From: Cyanophora paradoxa CCMP329 | Lineage: Eukaryota > Plantae > Glaucophyta | NCBI GenBank assembly: GCA_004431415.1 | Contig: QPMI01000231.1 | Span: forward strand, 1-64,000 | DNA: 64,000 nucleotides | Direction: 5' to 3' | Part shown: piece after piece, positions 25,320 to 37,000 of the stretch | Layout: every line of letters begins with the position of its first letter | Position numbering within the stretch: the first letter of the stretch is position 1 | Translations under genes and position numbers: made by a program | The notes under the pieces: generated by a model | Database searches by the model: none | Seen by the model: the letters and a program-made list of their open reading frames with translations, nothing else | What the model was told of the DNA's origin: nothing

Positions 25320-26009
25320 TTAACGTTGGCCATGGAATCGTTTTCCGATTTCGATCTGACCCTTCAGCTTAAGCTCCGAGTGCTCCAAGTGCACCCCCCA
25401 CCCCAGGCTCCGATGAGCCCCCCCAGACCTAGCCTGGCCTGCAGGAACCCACCGTACGTGCACATGTAGCCAGTGTCAGCGGGAAAGCCCATTACTCTCC
25501 TTAGAGGAAAACGCAGCGACCGGCTCCAGTTTGCTGGTGGGCTGGGCCAGCGCTAGCGGCAGCGCCGCGGCGGTGTTGTTCGATTTAGTTTGTGTCCCAA
25601 TGCTCAGTCTGTACATGTTTCCCCCTTATATATGTATATAGTCCACAGGCGAGCTGAGGAGCGACCAGGCCGATAGCGAAAATTAACGTCTTAGGACGTC
25701 TTAGCTTTGATCTGCGATTACGATTAGCTGGGGCGTCCTTGATCTAGATCTGCGATTACGATTTTACTGTGATAAGGACGTCTTAGCTTTGATCTGCGAT
25801 TACGATCAGGGGTTGGACGAAACTTGAAAGTTGGACGAAAGTACGATGCATATGCAATTGGAAGAAAGTATGCTACGTGTCCTTAGGGGGCCGCGCAGGG
25901 CCCGGCCGGCCAGCTCGCTGGTGGGCTGGGCCCGCGGCCGCGGCGGCCGCAGTGTACATTCCCACACTTGTAGCCCGGACCTGCGTTTTAGTACGTGTCC
26001 AAATGCGAA
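25320..26009 (+). repeat. Cluster of dispersed repeat modules
   Basis: Contains the GC-rich family copy (25320-25575, 25880-26009), three GATCTGCGATTACGA modules (25700-25806) and GTTGGACGAAA motifs, whose reverse complement occurs at 18924-18965. Confidence 0.75.
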
Positions 26010-26168
26010 GTGCAGCCGGCAGAGATCAAAGGTATGTTACAGTTATTTACAAGAGATCTACAGAACATCGCCAGAGAGGAGCGTCGAAGTCAACAGCTCC
26101 GACAGAAAAACACCTTTCATGACTGTAGACCGAGCCGCTCTCTCAACCTTGTCCCCGCCGACAGAACG

Positions 26169-26412
26169 CTGTTGCTCTTCTCTGTGCCCGGGTTTTGATA
26201 TTTGGTCTTCTCCTAATTGGGAACACGCAGTCTCCTGAAAGCGAACGTAGTCAGCAGCTAGCGAGTATTTAACTTCATGAGCGCCAAGCCTTGAAGTGGC
26301 GTACCGCCCGAGACGAAGAGGGGGGCAAGGCCGGCGGTGAGGAGGGCGGCCTTGGCGCTTCAGCTTCTAGCTTCGCAACAAGGGGGACCTTCGGATTTTG
26401 CTTGAAGTGTTG
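26169..26412 (+). repeat. ~245-bp direct repeat, copy 1
   Basis: Highly similar to 28826-29073. Confidence 0.9.
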
Positions 26413-26595
26413 ATTTTGCTTGAGACGGGATGAGCTCTCCAGGCCGACCTCCTGCAGCTCCATCTGCTTCGAAGCCGCTCGCTAGCGCTCAAGATCTCCT
26501 GATTTCTGTTGGGCTGGCTGTGGTTGGGCTGGCAAACTAGCGTACCCATCACGTTTTGACCGATAAAGCGCGAGCTCAACGAGGCCCGCGAGGCC

Positions 26596-27366
26596 ATGGC
26601 GGTAAGCTGCCGGGGCTATAGCTAACGCGCGCGACTTGCCGACAAGTATAGCTCAGTTAGCTTCCCTCGCCTGCAGCGCGCTTTCAGCTCAGCGACTCGA
26701 GCTGACATCACTGCAGGACCTTGCATTAGAGTCCTCTGGCGCGCAAGTAATCTTCGCCACCTCGTACGACGAGCGGCACCCGCCAGAGTGCATCATAGAC
26801 GGGTGAGGGGCGCCAGCAGACCAGTGGCGCTGCTCTAGCTAGCGCTTCGGCTGCATGAGCTGCCTGACGGCCATCCGCGCAGCAACGAGAACAGCTTCTA
26901 CTTGACGACAGGGTATTTCCCGCAGGAGTTCATTATCGCTTTCGGCGCGCCAGTTCAGGTGTTTAAAATCAAGACAGTAACCGCGAACGGTGAGTACGAA
27001 GGCAACGCTGCCGGAGAGTGCTTCCCGCCGACTCTGCTCGCAGTCAAGCGGATCCTTATCGAACGCTGCGAGGGCGAGAAACCAGTTACATTTGAGAAGG
27101 TCATGGAATGTGGTTCGTTGCTTGCGAATAGCTCATTCCAATTTCGCCTCACTGGAACGCGCAGATTACAGTGATAAGGGCGGAGGCCGACAATCTGAGA
27201 CCCATCAGGTTTCTGAAGCCGCACCCCCGTCCCATCATTCTGGTTACAATCGGCGCGCCCACAGATTCAGCGAACAACGGCCAGGTTCCTCAAATTCGTG
27301 ATTCTCAGCGGCTATGACGAATTTTGCGCAATCTACTCTACCAAGGTCGAGGGGACCACTGTTTAA
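26596..27366 (+). CDS. IFT25: Intraflagellar transport protein 25 (HSPB11)
   Basis: Spliced MA|DLALESSGAQVIFATSYDERHPPECIIDG|NENSFYLTTGYFPQEFII...RFLKFVILSGYDEFCAIYSTKVEG; 6-nt first coding exon. Confidence 0.95.
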
Positions 27367-28094
27367 TCGAATATTACTGTGCACAAAACATTCAACACAC
27401 ACATTCATTGTCTTACGGCTCTTACAGTTGTCATGATCATGACTGCATTGGGGCGCTTCCGTGTCGCTCTTGAAGCGGCTGAGCCCAAGGCGGTTTGTGG
27501 GTTAGCGTTGCCAATGTTTGCTAGCGGCCTGCTCCGGCGGTAGCGCTTCCCGATCCCGCCGGCTTATATAATTATATATATATATTTATTAGGTGTGCTT
27601 GACGGCACTGCAGTTGCGGCCGAGCCCGAGCTCGAGCTCGAGATTGCCTTCCACAGCTTCGATTAATATTTCGGGATTCGTATACGTAATTGCATGCGCC
27701 GGCGCCATTGCGCCCGGCCCTGCGGCTGTGCTTTGCTGTCGACTATAGCTACTGTCTGCAGGGCTGCGGGCTTGGTTAGCACTATAGCCACTGTTAGCAC
27801 TTGCTTGGTTATTCACCTGGGCGGCGTTTGATGGTGCTGCGGCTGCGCATGCCGTGGATCCTGGAGTCCGGCTAGCGCTAGTGCTGCAGCTGCAGCTGCC
27901 GCAGCAGTGCTGTCACGTGCACAGTGTGGCTGCCGCGATCAAATTTGCAGCAGGCGTCTGGCTGTCCGTGCGGCGGCGGCTTCGAGCTTCTGCGTTAGCG
28001 TTCGTACGCTCGCGCATTAGCGTGACTTGAACAGTGGAAGAGAAACCGTCGAGCTGGACGCGGAAAGACTGGTTGTCAGAAGCCCAAATTAATA

Positions 28095-28250
28095 TTATAA
28101 TTACGACGCCTTCAAAGGCTTTGATCTGCGATTATAATTACGATTATAATTACGACGCCTCGTGATCGATATCAGGGGCCTTTGATCTAGAGATCTGCGA
28201 TTACGATTGCGAACAGCGCCTTTGATCTTGCGATTATAATTACGACGCCT
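28095..28250 (+). repeat. Imperfect tandem array of TTTGATCTGCGATTA / ATTATAATTACGACGCCT modules
   Basis: Same modules as at 18441-18466, 24683-24810 and 25700-25806. Confidence 0.75.
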
Positions 28251-28461
28251 TTGTTCCTGCGAACTTCAACATGTACAGGACGTTACCTCGACGTACGAAA
28301 ATGGGGTACAGCCTCAACTCAGTTCAGCCGCGAAACCGCCTCGAAGGTGTGCGCGTCCTCCTCGGCGCCCTTCCGCGGGCCATTCAACGCCGCTCCGAGC
28401 AATCGGGGCGGCTCTCGCCCGGCGCGCGGGTTCTCAGCGTCCGTTTTGATGCCGACGCCAG

Positions 28462-28770
28462 ATGGAGGCCGCGAACATTGCCATCGCGCCGGTCAAGGGC
28501 TTCGCAAAGGACAGCATGAGGCTGCTAAAGCGCTGCACCAAGCCTGACAGGAAAGGTGTGTTCGCGCCAGCCGCGCGACCCGCGCCTCGCGCCGCCGCTG
28601 CAAGGCGCAGCATCCCATCAGCCAGCAAAAGCGCTCAACCCGGCCCTCGCGCAGAGTTCCAGAAGATCGCTATTGCGACGAGCGTTGGCTTCGCCATCAT
28701 GGGCTTCATCGGCTTCTTTGTGAAGCTCATCCACATCCCGATCAATAACATCATCATCGGTTCCGGCTGA
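28462..28770 (+). CDS. SEC61G: Protein transport protein Sec61 gamma subunit
   Basis: [19 protein letters not shown]|[33 protein letters not shown]; intron 28556-28654. Confidence 0.97.
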   Translation: MEAANIAIAPVKGFAKDSMRLLKRCTKPDRKGVFAPAARPAPRAAAARRSIPSASKSAQPGPRAEFQKIAIATSVGFAIMGFIGFFVKLIHIPINNIIIGSG

Positions 28771-28825
28771 GCTATTTACCACCCTCTTTCCCGTTTCCCG
28801 CCCTCCCGCTTAGCAGCTGTTAGCA

Positions 28826-29073
28826 CTGTTGCTCTTTCCTGTGCACGGTTTTTGCTATTTGGTCTTCTCCTAATTGGGAACAAACACGCAGTCTCCTGAA
28901 AGCGAACGTAGTCAGCAGCTAGCGCGCATTAAACTTCATGAGCGCTAAGCCTTGAAGTGGCGTACCGCCCGAGACGAAGAGGGGGGCAAGGCCGGCGGTG
29001 AGGAGGGCGGCCTTGGCGTTTCAGCTTCTAGCTTTGTAACGAGGGTGCACTTCGGATTTTGCTTCAAGTGTTG
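28826..29073 (+). repeat. ~245-bp direct repeat, copy 2
   Basis: Highly similar to 26169-26412. Confidence 0.9.
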
Positions 29074-29239
29074 CAACACTGAGCCTGTGCCCCCTGGCGT
29101 GCCTGGGGGCACAGCCGCCTGTGCATCGCCGCCTGTGAGCTCCTGTGTGCAAGGCCCCTGCCGGAAGCCTCTAGATCTCATGCCCGCCGCCTGTGCATCT
29201 CCTGCAACGCGGCTGAGCTCCAAATTACGACGAGAGGGT

Positions 29240-29565
29240 TGCGTTCAGCGTAGACAGAGCTAGCTAGCTAGCTGTGAACTACGCCTGTCTGGGTTACACA
29301 TAGGGAGGTGCGGCCCTCGCCGTTGCCGGCCCGGCCGTTCCCCCCCGAGACCCGTAAGGGGAGTAACGCTCCACCCCCGCACAGCCTAGGCCGCGCGCGT
29401 GTCGTGTGCAGCATCGCATCGCATCGATCGCGACATCTAGTCGAATCGAGGGTTGCACTTTCTAGCATTTGGATAGTGACACGAACTAAATCAAGAGTGG
29501 GGTGTACACTACGACACCGTAGCCGCGGGCCCAGCCCACTGTGCTCGCTCCTGGCTGGGCCCTCA
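29240..29565 (-). repeat. Dispersed GC-rich repeat family fragments
   Basis: 29240-29420 duplicates 17570-17750. 29495-29565 is the reverse complement of the GTGGGCTGGGCCCGCGG..GTGTACA block. Confidence 0.75.
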
Positions 29566-29909
29566 GGCCTATGCACATTGATAACACTGGCATGCAAGCT
29601 GCGGATAAACGCAAGAGCTAGAAGCGGCGGTGCTACCTACGGGGCGAGAAGCAGCGGACGACGCAGGCAGGGCCTTCTGAAGGGGGGCGTGCCCAAGCGG
29701 GGCGAGCCGCACGGGCGTAATTCTCAGGCCCCGGTAAATTGCAATTGTAAGCTTTGCTTTGCAGCCAATGTGCTTTCGAATTCCATCATGGCATGTCTGA
29801 CGGTCCCGGGTCCGGCTGATCGTAATCTTAATTGCCAGCTCGGATACGGTAATTGCCAGCTTCTGGCGCTGTACTGTACATACCACACTTGTAGCCTGGA
29901 CGTTGCGAT

Positions 29910-32900
29910 TTAAATTCGTGCCCAAATGCTCACGTGCACATTGAAACCCAACCCACCTGCACTCCGTTTCTCTCGAGTACAATTCTTTGGGCAAGAAGGG
30001 GCTACACACGGACGCCCTTGAGGTCATGATGCCTGTGGAAGGTCAAGAATTCTGGCACGAGATAGAACTCGCGCTTCGGTTTCTGTTCTTTCTTCGCTTT
30101 CGAGTTCCCCTTCTTAGCCGGCTGGGCTGGCTGCGGCTGAAGGGGGCTCTCCAACATATCACAGTCACCGATGGCAGCCCGAGCTGGGGTGACACCATGG
30201 CCAGTTAAAGTAGTCTCGCTGCCTGTTTCCTTGGTGGGCGTCCCGGAGACATTCGATTCCTCTGCATCGTGAGTGAGTGGGGCAAGCATAAAGCGAATTC
30301 GAAAAAAAGACCTGAAGTGGACAGCTCTGCAATTAAACTCGCAGCAGCTGCGGCGGACTTATCAAGCTCTGAAGGTGATTTTTTGTTGGGATTCACACAG
30401 CGAAACATTGGCTGCCTGAAAGAAAGTTAGAAGGAGCAGATTATGAAAGCGAACAACGCACTTGGGCTGCGTGACTTCAAGATTGTACTGGTGCTTGAGG
30501 TAGTCCGCAAACGATATTTCCTTTTCCTTGAAGGAGAAGCTCGAAAGTGGGCTCTTTTCAAAATCAACGCCAAGAATTTCGTAAGCGATATCTGCGGGCA
30601 AGGTAAGTCAGCCCCTATTGTCTTGTCAGAGCTTATAATTGGAACGAACTGTTCTGTTTGGCGAAAACGATGAGCCCGCAGAGCTTTTTGTTTACACTTG
30701 ATACGAAGGACTCCCACTCCGATGCAGTTGGCATGGACAGGCCACGCCCTGCATCCCACTGCACAAAAAATAAATAAATGAAGTCTACCATGCAGTAAAG
30801 AGGCACAAACCTGACGCTTCAGCTCCATAAGAACTTCGAGGCAGTTTTTGGGGGGCTCTGGTTTCGATTTCTTCTCTCGCTTCGCACGCCGCTCATCAAC
30901 ACCAGCTTCAGTCTGAAATTCGAAAAATTATGTCGAGATGGAAAAAGTATGAACCAGCACCAACCTCGGAATGGCGACGCTTTGTTGACTTCTTCGAAAT
31001 GACTGCACCAGCCTGCTGCTGCCTCTCCTTCCGTTCAACGACTTTCTCAACCTTGTTCCGAAGTCGTGCATTTGCCACCACCGATGCCCTCCGGGCAATT
31101 CTCAAAGCGGCTGAAAGCGCGGCTCGGAGTGCCCGCTTTGCGGCCGCATTGACAGCCATCTTGGGGGCTTGCCGCAGTGCTCCCGGACCACGAATTGATT
31201 TCTGCTTCTTTGCCGCTGGCAAAACAACCTGGCAAAACAGTTGAGCGATCACACAAGGTGGCGGGCAAAAGGCGCACGGTGAACTTCGTGACATGCTTTC
31301 CCAGCTTCACGCCCTTGGGTGCAGGAACGTCGCTTGGCTTGCTCCCATCAACCCCTTCAGGAGAAACAGCTGCTTCCGCCTGCCAGATCATCAGCAGGGC
31401 CATATCTGACAAACAAGGATAAAAGACCTTATTCTTCAAGGAGTTGGCGTCTCGCAAACGCTCCTTTTTCACACGACGGGCCATGCGCCGGCGAGCCTGC
31501 TTTGTATCTCCAGTATCGCCGGAAGTGCTCTTTGCAGATACACCATCGGGGGTGCTCAACGTCTCCTTGGGGCTCTCGGGTCGCGTTGCAGCAACGACGT
31601 GCTCTTCGGGCGCCGTGAGCTCCTCGTTTTGAATGTCTGAAAGGTGCCTCTTGCCGTCAATGACCATAACCTTGCCCGAAGGTTGCTTGCGGCGACGCGC
31701 AATGATGCTGCGTGCGTCCGCTGTGTTCATCTAAAGAAGGTAAGAAAGAAACATCGAAAATGAAAATCAACGACTGCACACAGGGACATCTGGCGTATCA
31801 GCAGCCTTCGCCATTTCGTCAACTAGCTTTGATGTAAGAAGGGTCGCAGACAATTTTGCAAAGAGCACGCACCCCTTGCACTCTCAACCTGCTCGGACGC
31901 AATCTTGCTGAAGCGCTCCCCAAAGCCGTGGCGAAGATTCTCGCTTGCTAAAGTGCCTCGCAAGCACACTCGACTGGGCTTGTCTTCATCAATCAGGGGG
32001 CTGCTGGTCTGCATCGCCTCAGGAGTGGTGGCCGGTGTTGACGCAACGGGGGATGAGAGAGACGCCGGAGAACCCGAGGCAACAGATGAAGAGGCGCAGG
32101 ACTCGGTCTCCATCCGCTTGGCACGCCTCTCCTTGAATGCTCCATTAAGTACTGAGTTCGACGCCAGAACTGCCTCTTCGAGAGATGCTCCCATCAACCT
32201 GAAGGAAGTAAGAGACTCTGAAAAAGACTCTGAGGAAGTAAGAGACACACTCGCCTCATCTCATTCTTGCGGCCGTCAAGTTTTTCCATCGAAGCCGTGA
32301 TAGCGCCGATCGTTTCCTGCATAGCACAATTAGTATTTTTGGTCGTGACGGAGCTGGAATTGAATTATGAAGAAAAGAACTCAGAACTCACGGCAACGCG
32401 GGCGAGGCATGCAGGTGCGATAGCGGCCCCGCTGATCGAGCACGTAGCTGCCCAGTCGTTGATATTTTCAGCAGCGGAAAGGGACAGCGCCAGCGCTCGG
32501 ATCGATTCCAGCGCCTGCAAGATCTCGGAGGCAAAGGCCTGTGCGAACGAGAGGCAGTCCCCAAAAGCGAGGGCAAGCTGCCGCGCCTCCTCGCCGGAGG
32601 GAGCTTGGTTGCTAGCCGCGACCGCGTCGCGGGTGTCCTGTAGGAGGTCCGCCACCCGCCAGAGTCGCCGGATCCCGTATTTCATACATGAAACGAGCGG
32701 GCTGTGGAGCCGTAAGCGTAACACAAGCGCAGGGTCTGAAACCCTGAAGTCTAATCGTACGCGGGCGTGGCGCTCTGCGTACCACTTCAGACCGTCGAAG
32801 GCTTGTCGCTTCAGGCGCATGTGAGCGCGCGCGGCGCTTGTCGTGCTGGCGCGGCGTGCAGGCTCCTCCAAAGCGAGGACGGCGGCCTCGGTTTTGCAGA

Positions 32901-33121
32901 AAGTGTCTTGCACCTCGCAGAGAGCCCGCACCTTCAAAAAGAAGAAGAGTCTGAGACCAACCCAGCCGTACGTTTTTGACGACACAAACCCGCACCTTCC
33001 AGACGCAGAAAACGCCCGCGATCTGAACCAAAGGAAGCTTGGAGTCGTCGGCCGGCGTGTCGAGGGCAGGAGCCGAAAGGGCGGGCGCGTGGGGCAGCGC
33101 CGAGACCTCGAGCTCGGCCAT
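29910..33121 (-). CDS. PAZ-domain protein (Piwi-type PAZ at C-terminus, no MID/PIWI or RNase III)
   Basis: Spliced SVNKKLCGLIVFAKQNNIAYEILGVDFEKSPLSSFSFKEKEISFADYLKHQYNLEVTQPKQPMF...EFYLVPEFLTF. The helical N-terminal part joins in frame through a 50-nt intron 31823-31872 (SARV-DEMAK). Stop at 29910, or 30002 if the last GC-AG intron is not used. Confidence 0.75.
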
Positions 33122-34086
33122 CGTTTTCACGGTGTTGAAAAGCGAAAGTGGCGGGAGTTCTCGGGGGGGATCTGGCTAGGAGGGGTATAGCGTCCGGGTC
33201 TGCGAAGCAAGCCGAGCGGTATCCTGCGGCGTTATCCTGCGGCGGCATCCTGCGGCGGTCGATCTCAGCGCAGCAAGCCGGGGCCAGAGCTAAGGATGCT
33301 CGACTGAGGCGAGGACCGCATGCTGTCGAAACACTCGCCCGCACTCGCCTGCCAGTATGAGTGCTCAAGGAGTGGCAGGGGTCGAGCCGCAAACGCCGCC
33401 GGCGGCTCAGCGGCCTGGTTCGCATCTGGTTCTCGGGAGCCTCGCGTCGAGGTTGATTTCGCGGGTCGTAGCTCACTGACCCGTGTGTCTTCGCAGTTGA
33501 ATGCCCTGCAGCGCCAAGAAAGCGGCGCTTGCCTGCGCCTTCTTCCCCTCGGAGGCATGCAGAGGGCGGCTTTCGCAAACTCGATTGTGCGCTGGACCCC
33601 ATGGCCTGCGGCCCCCCTCCGTCCTTTTCTTTCGTTTTTCTGATACTTTTGCAGTCTCCTCGATACCTGTCGCACCGCCGGAACCACTCAACACGAACAG
33701 CCCTCGCTCTGCGTCGTCGCCTCCTCCAACTCCCACCCCTCCCGCTCGAAACCTCCCGCTCTCCACCGCGCTTCATTCGCCGAACTCGGCGAGTGTTGCG
33801 CTTGCGGGACACCCGGAGCCCGAGGCACTTCCACCACCCTCCGCGACGCCATCGCGCTCCAGGCAGCTCCGCGGCTTTCGGTAGTCCCTCGAAGGCCTTC
33901 GTCTGAGCGGCCCCGGCGCTTCTAAGCGCCCCGTCTCTGCAGGAAATCCCAGAATCGATTGCTCTTGTAGTGTTCGCCTGTAAGAATCGATTGTATAGTA
34001 AATATTGCGCGGGGCATTCCTGCGTTCCAAAATCGATTGCGATCTTTGTCGCCCGTGTAGTTCTTCATGTAACTAGGAAGCAGACT

Positions 34087-37000
34087 CTATGCAAGGAAGC
34101 TGTACACCCTGAGAGAGTGGTCGCTGGAGCAGGAGGCTAGTTCGACGTCAACAAGGGGGTCGTTCGGCAATCGCGGGTCCCTCTCGTCCTCTTCGGGGCG
34201 CTTGCGCCAGCGGAGACGGCGCACCGCCGCGCAGTGCGCAATCCTTGTATAAGCGCGACGGTCAGCCGGCAGAAAAACGCACCGAGCCCTTACGCGAACC
34301 TGGAGTTGAAGCTGCGGTGCCGAGTCCAGACCCCTGCGGGATCGGTTTGCTCGGGGCGCCAGAGCTCGATGGCGCCGGCTTCGAGCCCCACGGCAAGAAG
34401 AAAGTGCGAGCCTGGAGCAACGAGGGTGAGCGAGGGCTGCGGTGCTGGCCGGGGGCGAGGCAGCAGCGCCCGCACCTGGCGCCCAGGCCAACGCCGTCAC
34501 GGCGCCCTCGAAAACAGGAAGAGTGGCCTTCACGCCCCACGCGCGGGAATCTCCCACGGCCACGCGACCCCAAATCTTCACTGTCTGATCTCGCGAGCCG
34601 GTCGCGAAGGCCAGCGGGCCAGCGGGCCCGGACGGGGCCCAGGAGCACGCCCATACAATCCGCTCGTGGGCCTCCACCATACAGTCTGGGCTAAGGGGCT
34701 CGCCCCCGGGGGGCGGCCGTGCGTCCCCTGCAATCCACCCTTGAGCGGTTGCAGGGCAGAAGGGCGCCCAAGGAAGGGGAGGGGCGCACGGAGGGCACGC
34801 GGAACGGTCCAGACGGCGACGGAGCGGTCGCGGGAGGCGCTGAGGAGGAGCTCCGTGCCCGGCTCGGGCCCGGGGGCGAACTCGAGCTGCGCGAACGCTC
34901 GAGAGCCCCGCGGCGAGGAGGCCGCTGGGGCGAGAGGACCTGTGTGACGGTGAGCGCGTGGCCGTGGGCAACGAAGCGCTCCTTCCACGTCGCCGTGTCC
35001 CACAGCCGAATCTCCGCATGCTCCGCCTTCGTGCTCTGCACCCGCTGCCCCTCGCCACCGGCGCGCGGCCCGCGGAGCGGGGGAGGCGCGGGCGGGCCTT
35101 GCACGCGGAAGCGATGAGGGCGCCGTCGCAGCTACTGGCCAGAGCAACGACCTCGTTCAGGTGCCCGAAGCTGGCGCGGCGCGGGGGTTAGCCGAGAAGC
35201 GGCGGCGCTCGACCGGCGCCGCGCGCACAGCTTCTGGACCTCGGGCCAGAGGGTGTTCTGCAGCAGCTGCTCCTCCAGCGGCGGCCTGGAGAGGGGCACC
35301 GGGCGGAAGGGCCCCGAACCCACCGGCGCCCGCTCGCCCGCCAGCACCCCGGAGGGCCCCGGAGGCCCGCCCTCCTCGTCGCCGCCGCCGCTGCCGTCCG
35401 TGGGCCCCTCGCCCGCGCCCTCGCCGGCTTCAAGCTCGCCCAGGGGCGCGCCGCGGTGCCCGACGCCCAGGCCCACCTCGCCCTCGCCGCGACCCACGGC
35501 CTGCCCTGCGCCCGCGTCATCCCCCGGAAACTGCCGGCCGCCGCGCCGCACCCGGGAAGATCGGGCGGTTCGAGAGGCCGAGCGGGGGCACGTTCGCCGC
35601 CAACGGCCGGGCCTCGTCGGCGGCGAGCTGCCGGCGGCGGTGAGGCAGCGCGGGGAGAGGCTGCGAGTCTACAGCGGACCGAGAGGGGCGCGCCGGCGAT
35701 GCGCGCGAAGGAGTCGAAGAACGTCTGCGGCGCCTCGAGCACGCGCACGACCTGCCGCCGGCCTCGACGGGGCTCCGGGCCCTCGACTTGTGGACCGCGC
35801 ACCTTCTCGTCGGCGGCGGCGGCGTAGCGGTGGCAGGCGGGGAGTCCCGGGGCGCTGGCCTGGAAGGCGATGGCCGCGAGATCGTAGCCATGGATCTGCG
35901 GCCGCGCCACCTCGCACCACGTCGACCTGCGCCCCCATCGCGCCCCTCCTGCCGCCGTGGGTGAGCGGGCGCCGCACCGCCGCTCCCCGCCGGGAGCCTC
36001 CCGCGTCCAGGGCGCGAAAAGGCGGGCGGTCTGGTCGGCACTGAGGGGGGCGTGAGATGCCGCCGGGCAAGCGCTGCACGGCGGGGCCCGGTCGCCTGGC
36101 GGAGAGTAGGTAGCGGGAAGAGGGGTCCCAGCTGCAGTCCGAGATGGGACCGAAATGGCCCGAGACCGCCACCTCCGCGGCCCAGCCGGCTGCGCTGCCC
36201 GTCGGGGACCGGGCGGCGCGGGGGGTGCGGGCCGCACCCTCGCGGCGGCGCCAGAGGTGGAAGGCGCCGTTGAAGCCGTGCGCGAGCAGAGCGTCGCCCC
36301 GCGGGCCCCACACGCCGCCCATGAACCCCAGCGTCCTGCGCCGGGAGTTCGGCCAGGCGGCTACGGGGGCGGGGGCCGGGGCGGGCCCGCCGCTGAGGTC
36401 GCCGACGCGGGCGGTGGTGAGCCAGACGCCGGTGCCGGGATCGGGACGCCAGAGGGCCATCGTGCGATCCATCGACGCGCTCAACAGGCACAGCGGCCGC
36501 TCCGGGGCTCCCCCTGCGCTCACTCGCCGCAGCCGGCAGCTCACAGCGAGGGGGCGCACCCGGGCGGGGCACTGGGGGGTGCCACGCGAGGCCGTAGACC
36601 CAGTCCTCATGGCCGGAGAGCAGCGCCTCGAGCGCGGCGGTGAAGCGGGCGCGGCCGGCTGGTCCGCGGGCGGCAAAGGCGTGGCCCCGGGGGGCGGCCC
36701 CCGGGCCCCCTCCAAGGGAGAGGTTGAGCGCCTCGAGCAGCTCCGGCGAGAGCACGCTCCCGCCCCCCGCCGGCCCCTCCGCCCCGGCCCCCCGCCCCTC
36801 CCCGAGCGCCGAGACCTGCGCAGCGTGTCTTGTGCTGCGCGGGCGGCGCTCGCGCCGCGGGGCGCACCCGCCACAGGCGGATGGTCGCGTCCTGCGCGGA
36901 GGAGGCGAGCAGAAGGTCCTCCTCGTCCCCCGCGGGGCGGAACTCCAGCGCCCGCACCCAGTCCTGGTGCCCCGCCAGAGACCCCGTGCGCGCGAACTGC

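Noticed and set aside
31823-33121. Separate hypothetical gene upstream of the PAZ gene
   Set aside because: Its stop lies 9 nt before the next ATG, and a canonical 50-nt intron joins the two in frame, so they are treated as one gene.
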